Source: Nitrospirota bacterium (GTDB taxonomy: Bacteria > Nitrospirota > UBA9217). From it: a DNA stretch of 64,000 bases. The first letter of the stretch is position 1; each line of letters opens with the position of its first letter. The position numbers and the translations under genes are program-made. The stretch spans positions 16,390 to 80,389 of the forward strand of contig JBARBN010000106.1 of NCBI GenBank assembly GCA_049793155.1. Reading direction: 5' to 3'. A model generated the notes under the pieces. That model was not told the origin of the DNA. It saw nothing but the letters and a program-made list of their open reading frames with translations, and ran no database searches. Of the stretch, positions 19,735 to 29,633 are shown piece after piece.

Positions 19735-20081
19735 TCTGTAGTCCTCCCTCGATAAATTATATTTCAATCGACATTGAAAAGCTGGGGTGAACTATACACG
19801 ACCAGGGCGGCACTGCATATGACAGAGATCATACGAGATGAACAGGTTTTTCAAGGAGAAAGGCTTTGACTTCCTGATCATTCCGCCTGAGAAGCAACGA
19901 CTCTTATCGGGGAAAAAGATGCGGTCAAACATTGGAAAGCCGGTCACCGGTCCCCGATTCTTGCGTTTGTGATGAAAAGCACTGCGCAAAATTGTCATTT
20001 TATGTTATAGTTGTCTTGCTGCGATCTGTCTTGATCGCAGTCAGGAAGTCAACCTCGCACTCAAGACAAATAACGGGACCA

Positions 20082-20948
20082 ATGTCAGATAAGACCTCGC
20101 CGGACATTTCAGGATACAGGACCTTATACAGGCTGTCGATCTATGTTGTGATCCTTGCCTGGATCGTGCTCGGACTCTATTTCTTTGTGTTTACGAGGGC
20201 GGAATACCCGTCGGCAGCGAAGATAGTCCAATATTTCTTATCACCCGAGCAGCTTGGAATAAAGTTCAGGGCATTAATACTTCTCGCCCCGCTTATTCTT
20301 ACCATTGTCAGCTATCTCATCTATGACCGGGCCAATCTATTTCTGAAATCGATCATCGCGGAGCAGCAGTTGCGCGTCCTCCGGGACGATCTCATCGTTG
20401 CGTTCGCGAACGCCCTTGACGCAAAGAGCTCCTGGACACATGGTCACTCGCAAAGGGTCACTTCCTACGCCCTCATGATCGCCGAGAAGCTCCACGTTAA
20501 CGGTGAGGACCGGGAAACGCTCAGGATCGCAAGTTTACTCCATGACGTCGGAAAGATAGGAACGTATGATGTCATTCTTGACAAGCCGGGTCCGCTTACC
20601 GAGGAGGAATGGCGCCTCGTCAAGCTGCACCCCGGCAAGGCTGAGGAAATCCTCAAGCCGATAAAACAACTTCAGCATGTGCTGCCGATCATTAAATATC
20701 ATCACGAGAGGATTGACGGGAAAGGATATCCGGACGGTCTTACGGGAGCAGAAATACCGCTGTTGGCGAAAATACTCTGTCTTGCGGATTCATTTGACGC
20801 CATGATCGAAAATAGGCCGTATAAAACGGGGATGAGCAGGACCGAGGCCTATGGTGAGATCAAGGATAAAACGGACACGCAATTTGACTCGGCTGTTGCG
20901 ACGGCATTCTTGAGCGCAATTGATGCGCGGAGTAATGATCCGCGCTGA
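20082..20948 (+). CDS. Membrane-anchored HD-GYP domain phosphodiesterase
   Basis: An N-terminal TM segment is followed by HD (LLHDVGKIG) and HHERIDGKGYP (HD-GYP signature). Confidence 0.75.
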   Translation: MSDKTSPDISGYRTLYRLSIYVVILAWIVLGLYFFVFTRAEYPSAAKIVQYFLSPEQLGIKFRALILLAPLILTIVSYLIYDRANLFLKSIIAEQQLRVLRDDLIVAFANALDAKSSWTHGHSQRVTSYALMIAEKLHVNGEDRETLRIASLLHDVGKIGTYDVILDKPGPLTEEEWRLVKLHPGKAEEILKPIKQLQHVLPIIKYHHERIDGKGYPDGLTGAEIPLLAKILCLADSFDAMIENRPYKTGMSRTEAYGEIKDKTDTQFDSAVATAFLSAIDARSNDPR

Positions 20949-21019
20949 TACGCATCAGAGCTGCCCGTCGGAGGGAACTCCCCCAACCCGCACATCTCCG
21001 GCGCGGTCCTTACGAGTTA

Positions 21020-21982
21020 TCACTTTCTCCCCATTACCAGCACCGTATCATTGATCAGTTTTTCCCGGCCATTTTTAAACCCCGTTTTCACGAGCCACTT
21101 CCTCATTTCCCGCGGCGTATAACTCCTCCCGGTTGAAGTGTTCACGAGCATATTAACCGAGAAGAGGGCTCCAACAGGGGGGCGGGCCCTGTCAGGTTCG
21201 ATGAAGAATTCGTGGATCGCGACCTGCCCGCGCGGATTCAGCGCGTTGCGAGCCTTCCTCAGAAGCGCGCAATTCTCTTTCTCCGAGTAGAAATGGAGAA
21301 CCTGGCTGATAAGGACGAGGTCGTATCCTTTGCCTACCGGATCGGTAAGGAAATCCCCTGCCTTGAGCTCGATCATCCCGGCCTTTGACGATCGAATGAT
21401 GGACTCCGCAACGTTAAGCGTGGAAGGCACGTCAAAGAGCGTGACCGCAATGCCATGCTTTGCCAGTTCAATGCTATAGGTGCCCGGTCCACCGCCCAGA
21501 TCCAGCGCTGTTTTAACTCCCCGCAGGTCAAGGGCCTTCACGATCGCGGGAGCCAGAAATATGGCATTATCATGCATGCCCCGGATGAAGACGTCATGGT
21601 CGCGGCCTTCCGGACGGCTCGGTATGCCGGACTTGATAACGGCGTCGAGGTTGGACCATGATTTCCAGAGCGTGTCCGCGTGGCGCAGTATATCTCCCTG
21701 GTACAAAGGGCTCTCTTTCAGCAGAAACTGCCTGGCCGTGGCGGTGATCCGGTAGCGTTTCCCCTGCTTCGCCAGCAGCCCGAGGCTTGCTACGGCGTCG
21801 AGCAGTATCTCGGTTGCGCGAAAGTTCGTATCGAGAATATCGGCCAATTGTCCCGCCGTCCGGGCAATTTTCAGGTGTTCAAAGATATTGTAGTTGTTCG
21901 CGGTCAGCACAACGCGGGCGGGCGGAAACCCGCCCCACAGGCTCGCGAATTCCCGAGCCTGTTTCGCGATCGACTTGTTCAT
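21020..21982 (-). CDS. Class I SAM-dependent O-methyltransferase (COMT/hydroxyneurosporene-OMT-like)
   Basis: The winged-helix dimerisation N-terminus is followed by the SAM motif LDLGGGPGTYSIELA. Confidence 0.75.
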   Translation of the reverse strand: MNKSIAKQAREFASLWGGFPPARVVLTANNYNIFEHLKIARTAGQLADILDTNFRATEILLDAVASLGLLAKQGKRYRITATARQFLLKESPLYQGDILRHADTLWKSWSNLDAVIKSGIPSRPEGRDHDVFIRGMHDNAIFLAPAIVKALDLRGVKTALDLGGGPGTYSIELAKHGIAVTLFDVPSTLNVAESIIRSSKAGMIELKAGDFLTDPVGKGYDLVLISQVLHFYSEKENCALLRKARNALNPRGQVAIHEFFIEPDRARPPVGALFSVNMLVNTSTGRSYTPREMRKWLVKTGFKNGREKLINDTVLVMGRK

Positions 21983-22318
21983 TGCTCATTCCCCTTTTTG
22001 GCAAAGAATCGAAAATTACAACCACGCATTATGATAAAGAATAGCACAGTCAGGCTCAAAAAGCCCCTGAAGGCGGTCATTTTTCGCTGCACAAGTGACC
22101 ATATGACACACGGCCCGCGGTATTCGATGCGATAGGGACGGACCATAGGCGGAGGATAGCAACGTAAAAAGGAAATGTCAAACACTAAAGATCAGACCTA
22201 TGATGCTCTCTACCCGCAAATCGACTGTACTTTATCAGGCGCTGATGATAATATCAAAACAATTCAGCATGCGAATGAATAAAGGATATCGCCTGGCAAA
22301 AGCAGGGGGGTAACTACC

Positions 22319-22765
22319 ATGAACGTTGCGGAAATGATCAAGCAGGTCCTGGAGCAAAAGGGTTACCGGAACCTGCGGGAAGCCTCGAAGGCGCTCGGCA
22401 TAAGCCAGGAGCTTCTGAGGCTCACGGTCAATAAACGGCACATCCCGAAGGATGACCTCCTCGGCACGATAGCGGACAAGCTCGGCATGGACCGGTCTGC
22501 ATTGCTCCTCGCAGCGCACCGGGAGAAGGTCCCCGTCGAGGTGCAGGGGTTCTTCCTCTCTCCGACGGAAGATAAAAAATACCAGCAGAAGCGGGTTTGG
22601 CCCCTTTCCGAGGAGCAGTGCAGCTATCTCGAGAAGGTCCTGAACGAAACGGAGATCCAGCACATCAGAAAATTCCGGCAGCTCCCGGACGAGGCACAGG
22701 AGCAGATCACGGGCTACCTCGACTATACCTGGGCAATGAAACGGTTATTGATGAAGAAAAGTTGA
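22319..22765 (+). CDS. XRE-family HTH transcriptional regulator
   Basis: The HTH is LREASKALGISQELLRLTVNKRHIP. The protein is 148 aa. Confidence 0.65.
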   Translation: MNVAEMIKQVLEQKGYRNLREASKALGISQELLRLTVNKRHIPKDDLLGTIADKLGMDRSALLLAAHREKVPVEVQGFFLSPTEDKKYQQKRVWPLSEEQCSYLEKVLNETEIQHIRKFRQLPDEAQEQITGYLDYTWAMKRLLMKKS

Positions 22766-22769
22766 AGTT

Positions 22770-22895
22770 AAGGCGGACGTAAAGGCTGATGCAAAGGCGA
22801 GGTAAAGCGAGGCAAGGCGACAAGAAGCGACTGGGAGATGAGAGGACGATGCACTTTTCTATTTTGGTCACAAAGTCGCTTTTTGTCGATTCTCG
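22770..22895 (+). repeat. Intergenic composite repeat, R3 block (gacgtaaagg..gcaaggcgac..agaagcgactgggagat..cgctttttgtcgattctcgtc)
   Basis: Long shared blocks with the reverse complement of 58545-58717, including an exact 21-mer 'cgctttttgtcgattctcgtc'. It shares 'gtcgattctcgtcgg' with the rc of 53500-53620. Confidence 0.5.
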
Positions 22896-23062
22896 TCTCT
22901 CTTATCATGTCGCACATAGTCCCTTGCTTCTTATCCCCTGTCATTATATAATACGGGTGATTAAATGAGTGAAGTCCCCCTGACCTTTCTGAACAGGTGC
23001 GTTGCTGGCTGACAGGTCAACACCCCTGAGGGGATGCATACCAGGGATCAATACGAGAGAAC

Positions 23063-24841
23063 ATGGCTTTTACCGGAGATCTGGAATATCTGAACATAGT
23101 GGACATCATTCAGCTGGTCCACGCCACGAAGCAGTCGGGCATTTTTTCCGTTAAGATACCCAACGCCGAGAGCAGGATCGTCTTCAGGGCCGGAAACATC
23201 GTTGGTGCAAATCATATCGACAACAGCGTTCGCATCGGGACCGTCCTGGTAAAGATGGGCGCTATAACGATCGACGATCTCAAAGAGGCAATAAGCGCCA
23301 GGAAGAACGCGGATAAAGACCGCATGCCGCTTCTCGCTACCCTGGTACAGATGGGCAAGCTGAAGCGGGAAGACGCCCTGCGAGGATTGAAAAAGCTGGT
23401 CGAGCTTGCGATCGTTGAACTGATGAGCTGGACGAAGGGCACGTTTACCTTCGACACTGAAGCGGCCGTCATTTCCTTCGAGGGGGGGCAGGATCTAGCC
23501 GTTGATGCCCAGATGGTCCTGATGGATGCGCTTCGCATCTCCGACGAGCGGGAACGCGACCGCCGTGAGGGAAAAGAAGTGCCTTCCATTGTGGCGCTCT
23601 ATCCCGATGTCCTTCCCGGTGAAGGCGACGCTGAAACGGAAGCTGAACGTTCGATGGTTACCGCGGATGATCTCGGGCTTGCCGACCTCGACCGTCTTGA
23701 AAAGAAGATACCCCGGCCTGCTTCTGAAATGGAGCTCTACGATCCGCTCGAGATCCACCGCCGGACCATACAGGAACTTCTCCCGGGTTTTTCTTCCGAA
23801 GAACAGGTTGCCTTTTTTTCTTTTCTGAAGAAATCCCTGGACCGAAAGGCCGGGCCCGACGATAAGGGGAAACAGGCGGGCAAGGCCGTCGTCATGTTCA
23901 GCAAGGACGCGCTGATAAACCATTCGGTCATGTCTCTTTGCAACAATGAGGGAGCGCTCGTATTTACGACAGACGACGATAAGGATCTCGGCCGGATGGT
24001 ATCGCAGTGCCTCCTTTCCGCGAGAATGCCCGTGGTTGTCTTCGACAGTCCCGCGGGACCGGAAGGCGTTTTTTCCCGGGAGAGGATCGCAGAACTGAGG
24101 AATCAGGTGAGGGCAAAGTACCCCTCGGTCCCTGTGCTTCAATTCGCCTCGCCTCAGGACAGCGAGTTCATCCTTCGCTCGTACCATGACGGCGTGAGGG
24201 CCGTCCTCCCCAAACCGTCGAAAGAGGGCCAGAGACAAACGTATATCCAGGATACGATAAAGTTCCTTGACGCGTTCAAGTCGTATGTTAAGAGCATTCA
24301 GAACGAAAGTGATGATGCCGATATCTACGTGAGGAAACTGAAAGACGGCATCGCGTCGCTTCGCGGGCTCACCAACCCTGCCGATGCGCCGCTCGTTGTC
24401 CTCACCGCAGTTTCCGGGATGTTCGAACGCGCGGTCACGCTTGTCGTCCGTGCCGCGGAATTGATCGGTGAAAGGGCCATAGGGATAGGTTCCGAGAAAC
24501 GCGAGGTGCCGACTCCTGCGGGCAATCTTAAGATCCAGCTTTCAAAACCTTCTGTTTTCCGCGACGTTGTCGAAAAGGGGCGGGTCTATTACGGAGAGAG
24601 CGGCGATGAAACGCTCAGGACATTTTTTGCGGAAATAGGCGCGCCGTTGAGGCCTGCCATCGTTCTGCTGCCCCTGATATCCGATCGAAAGGTCCTTGCG
24701 GTGATATATGGGGATTTCGGCCTGAAAGAGGCGTCTCCCGTGCGGCTCGACATGCTCGAGATCCTTGCTCAGCAAGCGGGCATTGTTCTGGAATATGAGA
24801 TCTTCCGAAGACAGATGACGAAAGCGGCGCAAAAAACATAG
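23063..24841 (+). CDS. PATAN/DUF4388-domain protein with a central receiver-like region and a C-terminal GAF-like domain
   Basis: The N-terminus GDLEYLNIVDIIQLVHATKQSGIFSVK matches the DUF4388 (PatA N-terminal) consensus. It is followed immediately by a PilT-like ATPase gene. Confidence 0.6.
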   Translation: MAFTGDLEYLNIVDIIQLVHATKQSGIFSVKIPNAESRIVFRAGNIVGANHIDNSVRIGTVLVKMGAITIDDLKEAISARKNADKDRMPLLATLVQMGKLKREDALRGLKKLVELAIVELMSWTKGTFTFDTEAAVISFEGGQDLAVDAQMVLMDALRISDERERDRREGKEVPSIVALYPDVLPGEGDAETEAERSMVTADDLGLADLDRLEKKIPRPASEMELYDPLEIHRRTIQELLPGFSSEEQVAFFSFLKKSLDRKAGPDDKGKQAGKAVVMFSKDALINHSVMSLCNNEGALVFTTDDDKDLGRMVSQCLLSARMPVVVFDSPAGPEGVFSRERIAELRNQVRAKYPSVPVLQFASPQDSEFILRSYHDGVRAVLPKPSKEGQRQTYIQDTIKFLDAFKSYVKSIQNESDDADIYVRKLKDGIASLRGLTNPADAPLVVLTAVSGMFERAVTLVVRAAELIGERAIGIGSEKREVPTPAGNLKIQLSKPSVFRDVVEKGRVYYGESGDETLRTFFAEIGAPLRPAIVLLPLISDRKVLAVIYGDFGLKEASPVRLDMLEILAQQAGIVLEYEIFRRQMTKAAQKT

Positions 24842-24999
24842 ATACCTAACCCGGACAAACCGGAACCAAGCCCACCATGAAGGCACTAAGGCACGAAGAA
24901 ATGCCGGAAGAAACGGATGAGAGAGCCTGACCTCAGCATTTGGTTTTCTTTGTGTCTTCGTGACTTTGTGGTGAATAAACGCGGAGGTACACGGTCGCC

Positions 25000-26079
25000 A
25001 TGGATAGTGCAATCTTCAACCAGATCCTTCACATTGCATTCGATAAAAAGGTCTCGGATATCCATTTTGAGGTCGACAACCCGCCGATGTTCCGGGCGCG
25101 CGGCCATCTTATTCGCTCCAAGCTCGAGAACCTGACCAAAAAGGATACCGAGTTCGTCGCGAACGCGGTCATGGAGCAGCACCTCCGTAAGCTGCCCGAA
25201 GACCTGAAGGAACTTGATACTTCCTATACGCTGGCGAATGTCGGCCGCTTCCGGGTGAGCATCTTTCGTCAGCGCGGCAATCTCGGCGTTGTCATGCGCG
25301 TTATCCCCCACCAGATCGGCACGTTCGAGGAGTTGAATCTTCCGCCGGTGCTCGGCAAGATCGCGCAGGTCCCGAACGGACTGATCCTCGTCACCGGGCC
25401 GACCGGCAACGGCAAATCAACGACGCTTGCTTCAATGATGCGGTTCATCAATGATAATTTCGATTACAATATCATTACGATCGAGGACCCGATCGAGTTT
25501 CTGTTCACCTCGAACAAAAGCTGCATCATCCAGAGAGAGGTGGGCATCGATACGGAAAGTTTCAGCGTTGCGCTGCGGTCCGCAATGCGCATGAATCCTG
25601 ACGCCATCATGGTCGGAGAACTGCGCGATCTCGAGACCATAGATGCCTGTATGAAGGCCTCCGAGACGGGGCATCTGGTCTTGTCCACTCTTCATACCCA
25701 TAATACGTCTTCGTCCGTCAGCCGTATCGTTGGTTATTTTTCACCCCAGGCGCAGGAGAATGCCCGGCAAAGGCTGGCCGAGAGCCTTGTCGCGGTCATC
25801 TCCCTGAGGCTGGTACGGGGAAAGAACGGCGAGACCATCCTGCCGGTCCTGGAAGTGATGTATGCGACGTCCACCATCAAGGCGTGCATCAGGGATAATC
25901 ACCTCGACGATATCGAACAGTATATCGAAAAGGGACGCGACGAATACGGCATGCAGACAATGGACCAGCATCTCATTCAGCTCTGCAGGGCTGAACTCAT
26001 CACGCTCGATGAGGCAAAGCGCACGTCTCGCTCGAAAGACCTTGAGCGAAAACTGACCTACAGCGATAATGTAAGGTAA
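25000..26079 (+). CDS. pilT: PilT/PilU-family type IV pilus retraction-type ATPase
   Basis: Walker A is GPTGNGKST. Walker B/Asp box is AIMVGELRD. The His box is STLHTHN. The 359-aa length fits PilT. An RBS 'ggagg' is present. Confidence 0.8.
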   Translation: MDSAIFNQILHIAFDKKVSDIHFEVDNPPMFRARGHLIRSKLENLTKKDTEFVANAVMEQHLRKLPEDLKELDTSYTLANVGRFRVSIFRQRGNLGVVMRVIPHQIGTFEELNLPPVLGKIAQVPNGLILVTGPTGNGKSTTLASMMRFINDNFDYNIITIEDPIEFLFTSNKSCIIQREVGIDTESFSVALRSAMRMNPDAIMVGELRDLETIDACMKASETGHLVLSTLHTHNTSSSVSRIVGYFSPQAQENARQRLAESLVAVISLRLVRGKNGETILPVLEVMYATSTIKACIRDNHLDDIEQYIEKGRDEYGMQTMDQHLIQLCRAELITLDEAKRTSRSKDLERKLTYSDNVR

Positions 26080-26142
26080 TTCTCCTGCCGATAGCCTTGC
26101 CTTCTCTGGAGCGAAAGGGGCAGAGAGCCCCCCAGTGGTTCA

Positions 26143-27177
26143 TCATGCCTTCTTCGCTTCAGCCGGAATGACAAAAAGCGTGATCTTCTCTGTTCCCCGT
26201 ATGAACCGTATCGGCATGCTCGACCCCGCTACCTCATGGGTAAGGAGCCGGTGCAGATCATCGATGCCGGGCACCGGTATCCCGCCGAAACCGATTATAA
26301 TATCTCCCTCGCGAAGTCCCGCCTGCTGTGCCGGACTATCCTGCTCGATCTGTTCAACTCTCACGCCGCTCTCAACCGGGAGGTGGTAAAATCGCACAAC
26401 GCGCCGATGGAGCGGAACATTCTGGCCGCCGACGCCGATATAGCTTCGCCGCACCCTTCCCTCCTTGATCAGGGCCGCCGCGATGAACTTTGCCGTATCG
26501 ATGGCAATGGCAAAACACAGGCCCTGTGCGGGCATGATCATCGCCGTATTCACGCCGATCACCTCTCCCCGTGACGTTACCAGCGGGCCGCCGGAATTCC
26601 CGGGGTTCAGTGCCGCGTCGGTCTGGATCACATTGTCGATGAGCCGGCACGTACGGGAACGAAGCGAGCGGCCCAGCGCGCTCACGACACCCGCGGTCAC
26701 GCTGCACTGGAAGCCGTAGGGATTGCCCACGGCGATCACGAGCTGCCCGACGCGGGTCGATCTTGAATTGCCGAGCGGGGCCGCGGCCAGGTTTGGCGCA
26801 TGGATACTGATCACCGCCAGGTCGGTGTCCGGATCATCCCCGACCAGTGTTGCCCCGTATCGCTGTCCATCCACCAGGGTCACATCGATCGCGGAGGCGC
26901 CGTGCACAACGTGGCTGTTGGTAAGAATAAAACCGTCGGGGGTGAAAAAAAATCCGGACCCTCCGCCTTTCGTCTCACCCGGCCGCGGGCCCGCGTCCCG
27001 GCTGGACACCTCGATGTTCACGACAGTTGGGCTGATCCGCTCTGCGGCCTGTATCACGGCGCATGAGTACGCATCGAGAAGGCCGTCATCCGGTGAAAAC
27101 GGTGAGCCGGCCGCCTGTGCCGCCTCGGATTGCGAATGCCCGGATGCGGCTATTTCAAGGACCTGTTCCATCCTCAT
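26143..27177 (-). CDS. Trypsin-like serine protease with a C-terminal PDZ domain (HtrA/DegP family); no N-terminal signal peptide apparent
   Basis: The catalytic-triad context is TNSHVV ... D ... GNSGGPLV. The PDZ region is GVRVEQIEQDSPAQQAGLREGDIIIG. The RBS 'ggagg' precedes the ATG at 27177. Confidence 0.8.
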   Translation of the reverse strand: MRMEQVLEIAASGHSQSEAAQAAGSPFSPDDGLLDAYSCAVIQAAERISPTVVNIEVSSRDAGPRPGETKGGGSGFFFTPDGFILTNSHVVHGASAIDVTLVDGQRYGATLVGDDPDTDLAVISIHAPNLAAAPLGNSRSTRVGQLVIAVGNPYGFQCSVTAGVVSALGRSLRSRTCRLIDNVIQTDAALNPGNSGGPLVTSRGEVIGVNTAMIMPAQGLCFAIAIDTAKFIAAALIKEGRVRRSYIGVGGQNVPLHRRVVRFYHLPVESGVRVEQIEQDSPAQQAGLREGDIIIGFGGIPVPGIDDLHRLLTHEVAGSSMPIRFIRGTEKITLFVIPAEAKKA

Positions 27178-27349
27178 TTACCTCCTGAGGTATTCTACCA
27201 CCGTTGTCAAGGGCCTCGAAGGTACAAGACGGCCTGTTATCGTATTGCTTCAACGAATCAAAAAAACCATTTTATTCTTTGAAATTTGATCTTGCCGGTT
27301 TATAATGTCTATAATGACTGCCGATGCGGCGGAAGGGAGACAGGATATC

Positions 27350-27670
27350 ATGAGTCTGTGGAGCGTGGCTGCACTTGTTTTAGTATTGAATCTGCCATTT
27401 GGCTACTGGCGGGCAAATGCGAATAAATTCTCGCGCCAGTGGTTCCTCGCGGTCCATGTTCCCGTGCCCTTTGTCATTGCGCTCAGGATACTGTCAGGGC
27501 TCGGCTGGCATTTTTCCACGTTTCCCGTCATGATCGGTGCGTTCTTTATCGGACAGTATCTTGGAGGGATTTTGCAAGGACTCATGAAGCAGCAAAGGAC
27601 CGCGGTCACCGCATGCCTCGTGATGGATATCGCCGCCGGGCTCGGCGTGAGAAGACGTAATATCGGCTGA
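27350..27670 (+). CDS. Small integral membrane protein (3 predicted TM)
   Basis: The RBS 'gggaga' precedes an ATG at 27350. The sequence is hydrophobic (MSLWSVAALVLVLNLPFGYW...). Confidence 0.5.
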   Translation: MSLWSVAALVLVLNLPFGYWRANANKFSRQWFLAVHVPVPFVIALRILSGLGWHFSTFPVMIGAFFIGQYLGGILQGLMKQQRTAVTACLVMDIAAGLGVRRRNIG

Positions 27671-28036
27671 AAATCCCCGCTGGTTTTCTCCCCTCTTGCC
27701 GCAACACTCCCTGATGATCTTCACCGCACCCGCTTCTTTTTTTTTGATTCTATGTCGGCGAGAGGTGAATGCACAGGGGGCTAAAACACTCAACGTGGCG
27801 ACTTTCCGGCTTGAGACGATGTATACTATGATGAAGGCTTAAATAGTTGAAAAACTTCCGGCCTGTCATTTCGAACGAAGTGAGAAATCATGGTTTTCCA
27901 TTCGGTTGAAAGATCCCTCTCTTCGATCAGGATGACACATTCTGACTTTTTACAAGACCAGACCATATCATTGTTATGATTCGCATGGATTTACGCGGCA
28001 AAAGACATCTGCGTTGAGGGGCCAGGAGGCTATAAG

Positions 28037-28801
28037 ATGAACATCACGCCGTCAACAGATAAAGAAACCGGAAATCGCGCCATTGTTATCGCGGGCGGGC
28101 AAACCAGGGATATGCTCTCCCTTTCGTTTCTGCTCCAGCGGTTCGCGTACAAGGTCTACAGCGCTCACACGTCCACCCAGGCCCTTGAGCTTATCTCATC
28201 GGCCCGTCCGGCCCTGGTCATTGCTGATCCGGTCCTCGCGGGTGCGAGCCAAGCGGACCTCCTTCACCTGCTGATGAAGCGGAACACTGCCGTCGCGTCC
28301 ATTCCCGTGCTCTACATGGTATTTCCCGGCGACGCCGCAATGGAGCAAAAATGTCTTCAGTACGGAGCGGCAGGCTGTATCTCAAAACCTGTCCAGGCCG
28401 AGGAATTGTTTCATGCAGTCCAGGCGGCCGTCGAGCCAAAACCGCGCGCCGATATCCGGATCGACACCCGTTTGCCGGTATCCCTGGACAATGTTCCTCT
28501 CGAGTGCTCCGACGATGAAGGCGGATGCGCGATCGACCTGTCCGCGCATGGGATGCATGTTCCGATGGCCGCGCCCTATCCCCCGAACAGGCGGCTCAAG
28601 GTACGGATCAGCATCAAGGACCGGACTATCTCGGCAGAGGGCCGGGTGATGTACAGCCATACCCCGGGGGCAGGATCAAACCGCAAACCCGGCATGGGTC
28701 TCAAGTTCAGTACCATCGAACCGCAGGACCAGGAGTTCATCAGAAAGTTCATACGAGATGAGGTCATGAGGGATGTAGCAGCAGCATTGAGCGGGGCTTA
28801 A
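28037..28801 (+). CDS. Receiver-like domain fused to a PilZ domain (paralog of 7114-7851)
   Basis: The PilZ motifs are RADIR (RxxxR) and DLSAHG (DxSxxG). The N-terminus is receiver-like. The RBS is 'ccaggaggc'. Confidence 0.7.
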   Translation: MNITPSTDKETGNRAIVIAGGQTRDMLSLSFLLQRFAYKVYSAHTSTQALELISSARPALVIADPVLAGASQADLLHLLMKRNTAVASIPVLYMVFPGDAAMEQKCLQYGAAGCISKPVQAEELFHAVQAAVEPKPRADIRIDTRLPVSLDNVPLECSDDEGGCAIDLSAHGMHVPMAAPYPPNRRLKVRISIKDRTISAEGRVMYSHTPGAGSNRKPGMGLKFSTIEPQDQEFIRKFIRDEVMRDVAAALSGA

Positions 28802-28938
28802 CAAACGCGATAACTGCGACGGAGGGAACAAGACTTCTCCCGGAGAGTCGTCAGGATCATCCGGAGTTCGTTCAAAAGGCTCGATACCATCAACAGGAAA
28901 GACCCGGTCCAGGATGTTCGAATGATATTTTATTGGTA

Positions 28939-29349
28939 CTAAGATCGCCCCAACAAGCTCCTTTTCGCGTTGCCTCTCCCTGCAATATGACCGCCTGCCA
29001 TGCCGATCGGCACCATCGCAGCAAAACTGACTGCTTCATACCAGAGAGGCAGGTTGGGTTCCCGCAAAAAAAGAGCGAGTACCAGGCCTGTTCCCGCTAC
29101 AGCCGCTCCGTGCAGGGCCTCGGCCTGCCCGGCCGTGCGTCCGGCGACATAACCGCCGACGAACGTAAAGCCGAGTCCTATGATCATCATAAACAGAAGT
29201 CCGCTGAAGCCGTGCATTCGAGCGGTAATTTCATCCATCGGGATCCCGTTTGCCCCCATCGCAAACATTATCGTGAATGCAACGGTCAGTGTGCCGAGCG
29301 TATCAATGAGGAATCCCAATAATATGGCCCTGAATTTAAGTCTCCGCAT
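28939..29349 (-). CDS. Integral membrane protein, hypothetical (4 TM)
   Basis: Hydrophobic 136-aa ORF with no recognised family. Confidence 0.5.
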   Translation of the reverse strand: MRRLKFRAILLGFLIDTLGTLTVAFTIMFAMGANGIPMDEITARMHGFSGLLFMMIIGLGFTFVGGYVAGRTAGQAEALHGAAVAGTGLVLALFLREPNLPLWYEAVSFAAMVPIGMAGGHIAGRGNAKRSLLGRS

Positions 29350-29633
29350 TTGAAGCTTTACCTTTCTTGATTCTGCAATATTCGGGCGGGCCGCGGGAGC
29401 GTGAGGGTCTTGAAGGTGTCTATCGAAATTCTTATTATCATCTGACCGAGAGAAGAGCAGGAAGGCGGCAAGATCTTATTCAGCACGGGTTTGTTCGCGT
29501 ACCGCCGGCTTTTGAAAATCTCCGGAATTCGCAAGGGACGAGCCATGAACCGAGAGTATCAAAGATACGAGGGGAAGTCAAACATTAAAGAGCTGGCCCT
29601 GCAATGCCTCAGCCTCCCCCCTCATCGTTGCTG

